Shown here: positions 46,695 to 58,002 of the stretch, one piece after another
Layout of the letters: each line of letters opens with the position of its first letter
Position numbering within the stretch: position 1 is the stretch's first letter
NCBI GenBank assembly: GCA_963752595.1
Contig: CAVVYZ010000001.1
Coordinates: forward strand, 388,961-452,960
Reading direction: 5' to 3'
DNA length: 64,000 nucleotides
Source of the DNA: an uncultured delta proteobacterium
Lineage (GTDB): Bacteria; Desulfobacterota; Desulfomonilia; UBA1062
Translations under genes and position numbers: made by a program
The notes under the pieces: model-generated
Database searches by the model: none
Told to the model about the DNA's origin: nothing
Seen by the model: the letters and a program-made list of their open reading frames with translations, nothing else

Positions 46695-48186
46695 ATGGCT
46701 GATAAAAAACCCAATATTCTGATCCTCTGGGGCGACGACATCGGATGTGGAACATCAGCCACTACAGCCGCGGCATGATGGGCTACCGGACCCCGAACAT
46801 CGACCGCGTCGCGAACGAAGGCGTGACCTTCACCGACTACTACGCCCAGCAGAGCTGCACCGCCGGCCGCGCCGTGCTTCATCACCGGCCAGAACCCGAT
46901 CCGCACCGGCCTGACCAAGGTCGGCATGCCCGGCGCCACGGTCGGCCTGCAGAAGGAAGACCCGACCATCGCCGAACTGCTCAAGCCGCTCGGCTACGCC
47001 ACCGGCCAGTTCGGCAAGAACCATCTCGGCGACCGGGACGAATACCTGCCGACCGTGCACGGCTTCGACGAGTTCTTCGGCAATCTCTATCACCTGAACG
47101 CCGAGGAAGAACCGGAACTGCCCGACTATCCCAAGGATCCGGCATTCAAGAAGAAGTTCGGACCCCGCGGCGTGCTCCACTGCGTGGCCGACGGCAAGGG
47201 CGGGCAGACGATCAAGGACACCGGCCCCCTGACCAAGAAGCGCATGGAAACCATCGACGAGGAGATCACGTCAGCCGCTCTCGACTGGATGGAGAAGCAG
47301 GCCAAGGCGGACAAGCCGTTCTTCCTCTGGTACAACTCGACGGCCATGCACTTCCGGACCCACGTCGCCGACAAAGAATCTCGGCAAGAGCGGGCAGGAC
47401 CCCTACAGCGATCGCATGGTCGTCCACGACGAGCAGATCGGCCAGATGCTCGACAAGCTCGATGAGCTGGGCATCGCCGACAACACCATCGTCATGTACT
47501 CCACCGACAACGGCCCGGAGAACGACACCTGGCCGGACGGCGCCAACACGCCGTTCCGCGGCCAGAAGGACACCAACTGGGAAGGCGGCTGGCGCGTGCC
47601 GTGCTTCATCCGCTGGCCGGGCAAGATCAAGGCCGGCTCGGTCCTGAACGGCATCGTCTCGCACATCGACATGTTGCCGACGTTGCTGGCCGCCGCCGGC
47701 GATCCGGACATCACCCAGAAGCTCCTCAATGGCTACAAGGTCGGCGACAAGACCTTCAAGGTCCATCTCGACGGCTACAACATGGTCCCCTACCTGACCG
47801 GCGAGGTGAAGGAGAGCCCGAGAAACGCCATCATCTACTTCAGCGACGACGGCGAGGTCATCGCGGTGCGGGTCGGCGACTGGAAGTTCGATCTGGCGGT
47901 GCAGCGCGCCAATACGATGAGGCTGTGGGCCGAGCCGTTCGTGAAGCTGCGGGTGCCGTAGATCATGAACCTCCGCCGCGACCCGTTCGAGCGGGCCGAA
48001 TTCAACTCGAACACCTACTGGGACTGGATGGTCGATCACGCTTCCTGCTGTACGTGATGCAGGCGCTGGTGGCGCAGCAGATACGAGGACTTCGTCAAGT
48101 TCCCGCCGCGGCAGAAGCCGGCCTCGTTCAACCTGGACGCGGTGATGCGCAATCTGGAGTCCGCGGGCGGGGGCGGCAGCCACTAA
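46695..48186 (+). CDS. Arylsulfatase (CTAGR type); frameshifts and an internal TAG at 47959
   Basis: [56 protein letters not shown]. Confidence 0.88.
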
Positions 48187-48214
48187 ACTGCGATTAAACG
48201 AAGTTGAACATACG

Positions 48215-48251
48215 GGATTCCCCGGCGGACAATGGAGTCGCCGGGGAATCC
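48215..48251 (+). terminator. Intergenic hairpin (terminator or mRNA stabiliser)
   Basis: GGATTCCCCGGCG ... CGCCGGGGAATCC. Confidence 0.55.
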
Positions 48252-48333
48252 TGCGGCAGCATGCCGTTCGAGAAACGTTGAGGTGTTTGTGAATGAAAAA
48301 AACCGTTCCCGCAATGATGAATGAGGAAAACCA

Positions 48334-49627
48334 ATGTCCTTAACTAATAATCCCAAGGCCTTTCACATCATGGCCAAGCCGACGGGTTCGGCCTGCAATC
48401 TGAACTGCGACTACTGCTTCTTCCTGAAGAAGGAGAGGCTTTATCCCGGCAGTAGTTTCCGGATGTCCGATGAGGTGCACGAGGCCTATATCCGGCAGCT
48501 TTTCGAAGCCCACCAGGTTCCTCAGGTGACCGTCGCCTGGCAGGGAGGCGAGCCGACCTTGATGGGGCTCGATTTCTTCCGCCGGTCCATGGAGCTCCAG
48601 AAAAAATATCAAAAGCCGGGCACCCGGATCGAGAACACCTTCCAGACCAACGGCATCCTCCTCGATGACGAGTGGTGCCGATTCTTCCATGAAAACAACT
48701 TCCTTATCGGCCTGAGCATGGATGGTCCCAAAGAACTTCACGACACCTACCGGAAGGACAAGGGAGGCCATGGAACCTTCGACCGGGTCATGAAGGCTGT
48801 CCGGCTGCTCCAGAAACATAAGGTGGAGTTCAACATCCTGTGCACGGTCAATGCGAAAAACGCCGACCATCCGCTGGAGGTCTATCGGTTCTTCCGGGAT
48901 GATGTCTACGCGCAATACATCCAGTTCATCCCCATCGTGGAGCGGGTCAATGAGAAGCGGCTACCAGGAAGGGAACACGGTCACGGACCGGTCCGTCCGG
49001 CCGGAGCAGTTGGGCCGTTTCCTGATCGAGATCTTCGACGAATGGGTCAAGAGAGACGTCGGCCGGACGTTTGTTCTGAATTTCGACGGGGCGCTGGCGG
49101 GCTGGCTGGGCATGGCGGGAACCGTCTGCATCTTCGGGCCTACCTGCGGCCAGGGCATGGCCCTGGAGCATAACGGCGACCTTTATTCCTGCGATCACTT
49201 CGTCGAGCCGGCTCATCTCCTGGGAAACATCCTGAAGACACCCATGATCGAGCTGGTGGCCTCGGAAAAGCAGCGAAGATTCGGGCAGGACAAGCGGGAT
49301 GCACTTCCCCGCTATTGCCGGGAATGCGAAGTGCTGTTCGTCTGCAATGGCGAGTGTCCCAAGAACCGCTTCATCGAAACCCCGGATGGTGAGCCCGGGC
49401 TCAACTATCTCTGCGAAGGGTACAAGGCTTTTTTCAAACATGCTGACCGTCCCATGAAGATCATGGCGAATCTGCTTCGTCAGGGCCGCTGCGCGGACGA
49501 AATCATGTCGTTGTACGCTCCGCCGGGTGCCGTGAACGCTACGGGAAATGCCAAGACGGGCCGCAATGACCCCTGTCCGTGCAGGAGCGGACTAAAATTC
49601 AAGAAGTGCCACGGGAAAGAAGGATAA
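48334..49627 (+). CDS. Anaerobic sulfatase-maturating radical SAM enzyme (anSME) with SEC-C motif; one frameshift ~48955
   Basis: [35 protein letters not shown]...[29 protein letters not shown]. Confidence 0.92.
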
Positions 49628-49649
49628 CCGGTCATCAGGAAGAGCAACC

Positions 49650-49891
49650 GATGCTACCTGACCGATGGCCCACCGGCCACGGCTTTGACTACTTCTACGG
49701 CTTCTTCGCCGGTGAGACCTCACAATGGGAGCCGCGGCTCTACGAAAACCTCAATCCGGTGGAGCCGCCGCCCGCTCTCGCCCGCCGAGGTCGTCCTCAC
49801 CGTAGACGGCATAGAAGTCGCCCGCACCACGGTCAAGGGCACCGTTCCGGCTGTCTTCACTGCGAGCGAAACCTTCGGGGTGGGGGGTTGA
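49650..49891 (+). pseudogene. Internally deleted arylsulfatase relic
   Basis: [26 protein letters not shown] joined to C-terminal LTVDG.EVAR...TASETF. Confidence 0.65.
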
Positions 49892-50056
49892 CCTCGGTTC
49901 GCCTGTCTTCAAAAGCTCTCATCGAGGAATCCCTTGATAAGGTCTTTCATAGCCTTAATCAATATCTCTATATCGGGGTCGGAACCGGATGCCCTTTTTT
50001 TGATGAAGGATTGCGAGATTCGAAAAAAAGCAAGACCTTCGATAGGAGGACAGCTT

Positions 50057-50710
50057 ATGGTAGATCGCGGATCTTCTGAAAGTGAACAGCAGGAGATGCA
50101 CAAGAAACATGCCCTGGAGATCGCATCCGCCGTTCTCATCGCCCTTGCCACCGTAGCTTCCGCTTGGAGCGCATATCAGGCCACGCGCTGGAGCGGAGTT
50201 CAGTCCATAAGCTTCAATGAGGCAGCAGCTCTACGCGCAGAAGCCACAAGGAAAACGAATATCGCGACCCAGCGCGTGGAGATTGACGTGGGGATGTTCG
50301 TACAGTACGCCGCAGCCTTCAGTGGAGGCCGAAAAATATTTGCAGATTTTCTCTTCCAGCGTTTCCGGCCGGAATTGAAGGCAGCCGCAGAGGCATGGAT
50401 CAAGACGCGTCCACAGAAGAATCCGGATGCTCCTTCATCCCCTTTCAAAATGAAGGAGTACTCCGTCAAGGAGCTGGATGAAGCCAATGTGATCATCGAA
50501 AATGCGGAGCAACGGACCGTAAAGGGCAAAGATGCGAATCAGACCGGAGACAACTATGTCCTTGTCACTGTGCTCTTCACGCTGGTGCTCTTCTTTGCCG
50601 GCGTGGGAACAAAATTCGACCTGGACGTCCTGAAAGTGATCATGCTCTCTTCAGCAGCAGCTATCTACGTAGTCGGGATCATTTTTCTTCTAAAATTCTC
50701 CGTACATTGA
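50057..50710 (+). CDS. Conserved hypothetical membrane protein
   Basis: AGGAGG RBS; [31 protein letters not shown]. Confidence 0.7.
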   Translation: MVDRGSSESEQQEMHKKHALEIASAVLIALATVASAWSAYQATRWSGVQSISFNEAAALRAEATRKTNIATQRVEIDVGMFVQYAAAFSGGRKIFADFLFQRFRPELKAAAEAWIKTRPQKNPDAPSSPFKMKEYSVKELDEANVIIENAEQRTVKGKDANQTGDNYVLVTVLFTLVLFFAGVGTKFDLDVLKVIMLSSAAAIYVVGIIFLLKFSVH

Positions 50711-50868
50711 ACCGCAGCGACCGGCACCGTCGGGCAATGATTGCCTATGGATAAAAGAAAAAATTCTTAAATTTTATGCCGGGGCTCGCTGGCACCCTGG
50801 GTGGAAGTGTGTTGAAGTCTGTGTGCCGTATCACGATTATAATCTTTAAAAACAGGGGAACGGTAACA

Positions 50869-51453
50869 ATGAATACCATGAATGCGGTACTGTACGGAAA
50901 TACGATGGAGAGTCTCTCCATGGAAGAAAAGGAAGAGTTGCACAGGAGATGGTTCTGGTTTTTGGCAGTCGGCATAGGACTTATCTTCTTTGGTGCATTC
51001 GCCATATCATGGGCCACTGTGACGACCATGTCCTTGATACTCGTCCTGAGCTGGCTCCTCACCATCAGCGGCCTGGTGCTCATAATCCACACCTTGGGCC
51101 GCAGGAGCCGGACCGGGTTTTTCCCAAATCTCCTCTCCGGGATCCTGTATCTCCTGGTCGGGATGCTCATGCTTGGCAATCCCGGCATGTCAGCGGCCAT
51201 GCTGACGCTGCTGATTGCCATGTTCCTGATCGTGAGCGGCGCCTTCATCACGGTTTCCGCCATTGTATCGGCATGGCCGGGTCGGGGATGGATGCTGTTC
51301 CAGGGCATTATCTCGCTCATCCTGGGAATGAGCATCTACCGGCAGTGGCCCCTTTCGGGGCTCTGGGTGATCGGTATGTTCGTAGGCATCGAGATGATGC
51401 TGAACGGCTCGGGGCTGGTCATGCTGGGACTCTCGGTGAGAAAGATCAAATAA
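50869..51453 (+). CDS. hdeD: HdeD/DUF308 acid-resistance membrane protein
   Basis: W.WFLA.GI, six TMs, QWP.SGLWVIG.FVGI. Confidence 0.85.
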   Translation: MNTMNAVLYGNTMESLSMEEKEELHRRWFWFLAVGIGLIFFGAFAISWATVTTMSLILVLSWLLTISGLVLIIHTLGRRSRTGFFPNLLSGILYLLVGMLMLGNPGMSAAMLTLLIAMFLIVSGAFITVSAIVSAWPGRGWMLFQGIISLILGMSIYRQWPLSGLWVIGMFVGIEMMLNGSGLVMLGLSVRKIK

Positions 51454-51469
51454 ACCATCTTGACCGTCG

Positions 51470-51897
51470 CTATCTGACAATAATGAAAAACAACACCAAT
51501 CCTATGAAGATGAGGATGAAGGCAGATACCGAAGCCACGCTCCATCCGGGGATGGGCATTCCCTCTCCCTTGATGAGCCTGGTTACCACCTGGAAGTATT
51601 CCAGGACCGCAATGATGGAGTGCCGGTGCCGAGGCCTATGAGGATGAGGCTGATGATGTGCGGCTGTTCGAGAAATCTCGGCCTTGCAGATGTATTTTCG
51701 TACATACCGAGGAAATGGAAGAACTTGCAGATACTGAAGCCGAAGGTGATGAGCGAGACACAGGTTCTCATCCACCCCATGAGAGTGCGCTCTGCCGCCA
51801 TGCGGTTGCGCATCTCGGCAAGCCGGGTCCTTCATTCTGCGAGGTCTTCGGCGGCAAGGAGAAGGCGCATCGCTGTCTTGCCTGCGGGTGAGCGCAT
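51470..51897 (-). pseudogene. DUF202/YidH membrane protein, disrupted
   Basis: R..LA..R..MAAERTLM.W.RT..SLI.FGFSI; in-frame TGA and a frameshift. Confidence 0.7.
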
Positions 51898-52000
51898 GCA
51901 GGCTTCAATAGGCAATTATACCGGGAGGGCATCGTGGGAGAGTTCTCCTTAGCTGCTGCAGCTTCTCTCTGTGATGAAACCGGGCTGAACGAAAAGGAGG

Positions 52001-52660
52001 ATGAACCCTATGAAAAAAGAACGACTGAACATAATCAAAATAGTGCTTGCCACGGTCCTTCTGGTCTCCGCCGCAATCGCACTGTCGGCCTGTGCAACAA
52101 CATCGAGCATGTCCGAAAAGGACACCGGCATCGAATCATCCATAAGGAATTCGAGTGCCTTCCAGAACTATCTGCTGGGTGAAAACATCTCGATCAATTC
52201 TCAGAACGGCAAGGTCGCTCTGACAGGGACCGTTACCGACGCATCCTACAAGTTTCTGGCAGAGGATATCGCCAAGGGCGTAGCCGGTGTCAAAGGCGTG
52301 GATAATAAGCTGGAAGCGGCAGGAGGAACCCCGGAGAAGGGCTCCGATGCATGGATAGGTGCAATGGTAAAGGCCGAACTCATGTCGCACCCCGACCTGA
52401 ACATCGGAAAGACCGACGTTTATGTGCAAGATAGACACGTGACCTTGCGCGGCGAGACAGTCAGTCCGCGCAGCAGGCCTGGCGGGGCTGTATGCGAAGA
52501 ATGTCGAAGGCGTCAAGGACGTAGTCAATGAGATAACCGTGGCGAGCGCTACCGGCATCCAGCCGCAGGCATCTGCCGGACAGATCGACGATGCGACCAT
52601 TACCGCGCAGGTCGGTACGGCGCTGGAATCGAACAGATCGACCAGCGGCCGCAGCGCCGA
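52001..52660 (+). CDS. Multi-BON-domain lipoprotein, frameshifted and 3' truncated
   Basis: AAGGAGG RBS, lipobox LSAC, G.V.LTG.V...GVKGVDN.L, IDDATITAQV. Confidence 0.75.
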
Positions 52661-52826
52661 AAATCCTCAACCGGACGCATACGATCACGGCTGAAGCGGG
52701 TATTCCCAAGGAGGGAGCGGAAGGCGCCCTGTTCAGCATGGGAGGCGCGACGACGGCGTCGACGTGAGCGAAGAGCATGTCGAGGACTACGAATCCCTGA
52801 TGCTGATCATCCTCGCCAAACAGTGA
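52660..52826 (+). pseudogene. Second arylsulfatase C-terminal relic
   Basis: ILNRTHTITAE..IP.EGAEGAL...GG ... ILAKQ* parallels the C-terminus of the 42441 sulfatase. Confidence 0.55.
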
Positions 52827-52835
52827 GGTAAGGTC

Positions 52836-53684
52836 ATGAAAGAATTCATCCTCGGCATGGTCAAGATCGGTCTGCCGCTTTCCGTGGTGGCCAGCATGTT
52901 CGCCCAGGGGCTGAGCACTCGCCCCGGGTGCAGCTGGCTCTTCAAAGAGCGTCCCTTGCTGATGGTGTGGTCTCTTGTGGTGGTTCTTGTTCTGGTCCCC
53001 GTTGCCGCGCTTGCAATCATTCTGTTGCTGAAACCCTCGCCGGCCGTCGCGATCGGACTGGCGATCCTGGTGGCATCACCGGCGGCCCCGATGATGCTCG
53101 TGAAGGTTCCCAAGAAGGGAGGGAGTCTCGCCTACATGGCGAGCCTTCATCTGAGCCTCGCGTTGCTTGCGCTCTTCACCGTTCCGGTCACCCTGTACCT
53201 GCTCTCTAAGGCGCTTGGTTTCCAGGTCGAGGTCTACGTGCTTGCGGTGGCCGGAGTGGTCGGGATGACGATCCTCGTTCCGGTCTTTCTTGGCATTCTG
53301 ATCCGCTCCTTCTTCCCTAAGATCGCTGACACGATCGGTCCGGTGCTGGCCAAGGCGGGCGGAGTCGTGCTGCTTATCCTGGTTCTTCTCGTTGTGGCGA
53401 TGACCTGTGGCCTCCTGATGAAGATGGATCTCCGGTCCTATCTGGTCATGGCCGTTGTCGTTGCCGTGTCCATTGCCATCGGTCACTGGCTCGGCCCGCG
53501 TGACGCTGAAGAGCGAACCACCCTGGCAATGGAAAGCGCGGCCCGCCACCCAGGATTGGCCATGACGATTGCGGCTCTGAACTTCGGTCCCCAAGAAAGC
53601 TCTGCCGGTGCTGATTCCATACCTCATCGTTTTCATGGTTGTCACCACGATTTATTTGCAATGGCGTACACGGCGCTCGGGTGA
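52836..53684 (+). CDS. Bile acid:sodium symporter family transporter (frameshift near C-terminus)
   Basis: MFA.GL, P.AP, multiple TMs, LA..SAARHPGLA. Confidence 0.8.
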   Translation: MKEFILGMVKIGLPLSVVASMFAQGLSTRPGCSWLFKERPLLMVWSLVVVLVLVPVAALAIILLLKPSPAVAIGLAILVASPAAPMMLVKVPKKGGSLAYMASLHLSLALLALFTVPVTLYLLSKALGFQVEVYVLAVAGVVGMTILVPVFLGILIRSFFPKIADTIGPVLAKAGGVVLLILVLLVVAMTCGLLMKMDLRSYLVMAVVVAVSIAIGHWLGPRDAEERTTLAMESAARHPGLAMTIAALNFGPQESSAGADSIPHRFHGCHHDLFAMAYTALG

Positions 53685-53760
53685 ACGAACCACTAAGCCT
53701 GCTTAACCTTGAGATGCATGGGAGCATTGAGCTCAACAGTGATGACTCAGGAGGAGGACG

Positions 53761-54133
53761 ATGGTGCAGATTCGCGAATGGATCGAGTTCGCTGCCCGGG
53801 CATCGAGGCCCTGGCCGTGGCTGATCATGGTTTCTGTCATCATCATCGGGACTACACGCTGGCTCTTTCACTCCGCTAAGGAAGATCGAAGGGGGCTACG
53901 AGCGGTACCGTGTCGTGTTGGGGAAAACACTGCTGGTCGGACTCGAACTCCTGGTGGCTGCCGACATCATCCGTACAGTGGCCCTCGATTTGACGCTTAA
54001 GAACATCGCGTTGCTGGGCGGCTCGTGGTGGTGCGGACGTTCCTGGGGTGGACCACTGACCGTCGAGATCGAGGGCCGCTGGCCATGGCAGAAAACGAAG
54101 GAATCCGGCTCCGGGACGGGCGAGAGGCAGTGA
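53761..54133 (+). CDS. DUF1622 membrane protein (frameshifted)
   Basis: LG..LL.GLELLVAADIIRTV, VRTFL.W.L.VEIEGRWPWQ. Confidence 0.8.
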
Positions 54134-54205
54134 AGAAACCATCGCTTAATGCGAGAGAAGCGATTGGGGGAGAAACGGAATCCGACAGAAAGGAGAGGAC
54201 TGGCA

Positions 54206-54601
54206 ATGGAGGATATTTTGTGAGATTCTTTGAGAATCTGGTGGACCGGGTAAGCGGGCCCATGAAATTCCGGCTTGTTCTGCAGCCGCTTATGGCCATC
54301 TTCTTTGCCATAAAGGACGGAAGGAAGGATGCCCGTGAAGGGCGGCCGCCCTATTTCTGGGCACATCTTCACCGACCCGGAGCACCGGCGCGACATGCTG
54401 CGAAACGGATGGAAGTCAGTGGGCAAGAGTTTTCATCCTCGCGCTTATCCTCGATGCCGTCTACCAGTATATCGTGCTCCGCATGTTCTACCCGGGCGAG
54501 GCTGTGCTGGTGGCATTTATCCTGGCGATTGTCCCTTACGTATTGCTGAGGGGTCCGGTGAACCGCTTCATGTCCCCAAAGAGAAAGGAAAAGAGCCATG
54601 A
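54206..54601 (+). CDS. Conserved hypothetical membrane protein (frameshifted)
   Basis: AGGAGAGG RBS; R.SGPM.FR.VLQP.MA...A.KDG..DAR; LAIVPY.LLRGPVNR. Confidence 0.65.
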
Positions 54602-54754
54602 ACGAAAAGACGATAACCAGACGCCCGAGAAAGGCCCGGACAAGCTGCCTTCACCCGCCAATCCAGGCAGGTGGCGGTGCGAAGGGGAAGACGTGAATCA
54701 TGAAGATCCTATCCGGCATTAAATCTGCGCTCGGTTTGGGCCAAGGGAAGACAG

Positions 54755-55168
54755 ATGAATCAGAGGCCCAACCGGCGACGTGAGCACGAAACTCGCGCAC
54801 CAACGCACAAACCTTGCCATGGAGCGGAGCTACCTGGCTGCGGACCGCACACTCATGGCCTGGATCCGGACATCACTCTCCATGATCAGCTTCGGGTTTA
54901 CCATCGGCAAACTCGGGCAAGTCATGAATCGGTTGAAGTGAAGGGAGCTTTTAGGCCGCACCAGAACGTTCAGTGTCGAGAGCATTGCCTACTTTCTCAT
55001 GATCCTCGGGACCTCATCGCTCTTGGGGCCGCTTTTCAGCACTGTGATCGCATGCGCGAGCTCCGCGCCATGGGCCTTCCCCACCAGCTCAGCCTCTCGT
55101 TCATTGTCGCGATGGTGCTGGCTGTGGTGGGAGGTTTCGCGCTTAGTTCCCTGATTCTGGCGTTATGA
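54755..55168 (+). CDS. DUF202/YidH membrane protein, second copy (frameshifted)
   Basis: RT.LA.ERSYLAADRTLMAWIRTSLSMISFGFTI in a shifted frame. Confidence 0.7.
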   Translation: MNQRPNRRREHETRAPTHKPCHGAELPGCGPHTHGLDPDITLHDQLRVYHRQTRASHESVEVKGAFRPHQNVQCREHCLLSHDPRDLIALGAAFQHCDRMRELRAMGLPHQLSLSFIVAMVLAVVGGFALSSLILAL

Positions 55169-55329
55169 AAGCGGACATTGCCTTCAAGGCCCTTTCTCCG
55201 GGGAAAAATGATCCGGTCAAAGATGCAAGAACGGAGGACCGAATATGAAGGATGATGGAGAGTCCGATGTCTTAAAATCTGCTTTTATCTATTTGCCTGC
55301 TGCGCAGTAGTCTGGGTTGGTGAACGAAC

Positions 55330-55921
55330 TTACTGTATCTTGCCCGGCGTTTCCCGTATGGTCATCACTGCCGCTGCCGCTTCCTCCTCTATGCTCAGCT
55401 CATTATTTACGCCTTTCACACCGGCGATGTCGGTGATGATCTTGGTGACCAGGTCCTTCTGGGCCTGGTTATCGGCAATGCCCTGCACTGAGACTATTCC
55501 GTAGTACGTCTCTACCGTTGCATCGAGGTCGCTGGTTGATCTGTTCGAAGCCAGCGCCGTATTGACCTGTGCCGTAATGGATGCGTCATCGACATCAAGG
55601 GAAGATGCCTGGGGCTGGTTCCCGGCAGAGCCTGCTACGGTTATATCATTGACCACATCATGCACGCCTTTGACTTGCCTGGTATATTCCGCTGTCAGGT
55701 CTCTCTGTGCTTTGCTGTCTACCTGCCCTCGCAAGGTAACGAGACCTTTACTCACAAAAACCTCAGTCCTATCGGTGTTCAAGCCGGGATGCATCATGAG
55801 ATCGGCTTTCACCTTCGCACCAAGCCATGCATCCGAACCCTTTTCAGGAACTTCCTCCTGCCGGTTCCAGTTGATTGTCCACGCCGTTGACCCCGGAAAA
55901 ACTCCTGGCAAGATCCTCTTC
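55330..55921 (-). CDS. Multi-BON-domain protein, 5' part missing at junction
   Basis: PEKGSDAW.GA.VKA.LM.HP and DDASITAQV, clearly paralogous to the 52001 gene. Confidence 0.8.
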
Positions 55922-56305
55922 AGAATGTCAGCGCGCCCGAATCAGAAAGACAAGCTCACGGTCTGGCAAGTACCTCGCCGAGAACGTGGCGCACTGCTTC
56001 CAGTGCCACACGCCGCGCAAGGACGGCGGCGCCCTGGACCTTGCGCGCATGGGGCAGGGGGCAACGCCTATCCGGCGCGTGGAGGCGGGCAGGCGGACCG
56101 CGCCAGAACATCACGCCAACGGGGCTTGCGTCCTGGACAGACGATCAGGATCGAGGAAGACGGCGATCACCAAGAAGAAGGTGTCGCGTCCCAAGACGGA
56201 GGCCAACTCGCGCCGGTGATGGATTTCGATCTCTATTCGAAGTTCACCGCTGACGATCTGGACGCGCTTGTCGCCTTTCTGCGGTCGAGGCCCGCTGTCA
56301 ACTAG
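55922..56305 (+). CDS. c-type cytochrome, C-terminal fragment (frameshifted, 5' missing)
   Basis: GKYLAE.VAHCFQCHTPR heme motif; NITP.GL..WTD; DL.ALVAFLRS. Confidence 0.75.
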   Translation, partial: RMSARPNQKDKLTVWQVPRRERGALLPVPHAAQGRRRPGPCAHGAGGNAYPARGGGQADRARTSRQRGLRPGQTIRIEEDGDHQEEGVASQDGGQLAPVMDFDLYSKFTADDLDALVAFLRSRPAVN

Positions 56306-56554
56306 GCGCGGCACGCAGACCGGCGCCATCGTGGGGAGCCTGAAATCGCCGCTGGCAATAATTGCCCAAGGTGACGTTTTCGCTGTCGTCCTATCTGCAT
56401 CGGGCGAAGCTTTCGCATGCTTGCGCAAGGGCGGCGGTCCCGCCGCCTATTTTTATGCGTGGGTCCGTCTTTGATTGGCGCTTTCAGTTCCGACCATGTA
56501 AGTTTATGCGAAGAAATTAATTCATGATCAGGCGAGACGTTCGCGGGGGCTGAA

Positions 56555-57978
56555 ATGGCAAGCTAACGTCCTCCGATTCACGTGGACTTCTCAGCAAGTC
56601 CAAATGGTCCACGACGACCGTCACCTACAGTTTCCCCGACAGCACGACCGATTATGAAAGCAGCTACAGCGAGGTGAATAAGTTCGTCGGGTTCAACTCG
56701 GGCGAGCGGGACACATTTCGCACAGTCGTGTCGCAGGTGATGGGTTTCACCAATCTGACGCTGACCGAAGCAACCGTCGACAGCACGGCATCCATCCGCA
56801 TCGCCAAGACCGTCACGCCGGGCGCCGACGCGTGGGCTTACTATCCCGGAACGGGCAAGGGCGACGCATGGTCGACACCAATCCGAGCCAGGTCGCATAT
56901 GGCGGAAAGGGCGGCATGAATTATTCCGCCATTCAGCCGGGCGACTACACCTATACCGTTTTCATGCATGAGTTCGGTCATTCCCTCGGCCTCAAGCATT
57001 CATTCGAGAAGGGCGGCGTCGCAGGCGCTGTTCCCAAGCAGTATGACAGCCTCGAATACACGGTGATGTCATACGACGCCTACCAGACCATCCCCTACAA
57101 CAAGAGCGTCGATGGCAGGGACTGGTGGGCGGACGACGGCAACAACCCGCAGACATTCATGATGCTCGACATCGCGGCGCTTCAGTCGATGTACGGCGCC
57201 GACTATACGTTCAACAACTCGGCCACTGTCTACAAGTGGAACGCGTCCGGCGGCTACAGCATCAACAACGGCGATTACACCGACCTCAACAGCAACACCG
57301 ACATCATCTTCATGACGGTGTGGGATGGTGGCGGCGTCGACACTTACGACTTTTCAAACTACTCGCTCGGCGTTCGCATCGATCTGAACGCAGGCGGGTG
57401 GGTATCGATCGACTATCTGAATACGTCGAGCCCGACACAGCGGGCGGATCTGCTCGCGGGCGATGGAACCTACTGGGCCACTGGCAATATCGCCAATGCG
57501 CTCATGTACAACAACAACACGGCCTCGCTGATCGAGAATGCCATCGGCGGCGACGGCAATGATTTCATCATCGGCAATCAGATCGCCAACACGCTCAACG
57601 GAGGGCTCGGCAACAACTCGCTCGATGGCGGGCTAGGGCTTGATATCCTGATCGGTGGCGCAGGCGGCGACATCTTCATCTTCGATACCGTGCTGTCATC
57701 CGGGAATATCGACACCATTCAAGGCTTCGTCGCGGGCTCCGATGAAATCTGGCTCGAGAACACGGGCATTTTTGCGACGCTCGCAGCGGGTGATCTGGTC
57801 GCCGGCGCTTTCGTCACCGGACAAGGCGCTCAATTCCGCGGACAGGATTATCTATAATCCAAATAACGGCGGGCTCTATTACGACGCCGACGGAACGGGA
57901 ACGAAAGCAGCGGTCCAATTCGCGACGATCACTAGTCTGAGCGGAACCCTGACTGCTGGCGACTTCTTCATCGTTTAG
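56555..57978 (+). CDS. Serralysin-like M10B metalloprotease with RTX repeats (frameshifted)
   Basis: HEFGHSLGLKH, Met-turn TVMSY, DIAALQ.MYG, WDGGG.DT, IENAIGG.GND, GGxGxD repeats, C-terminal DFFIV. Confidence 0.9.
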
Positions 57979-58002
57979 CGTCTCGTTCGTTCATCGGCGC
58001 AT

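Noticed and set aside
47959-47961. In-frame TAG in sulfatase 2 as pyrrolysine readthrough
   Set aside because: Non-catalytic position in an error-rich stretch, with no pyl genes in the window; a single substitution explains it.
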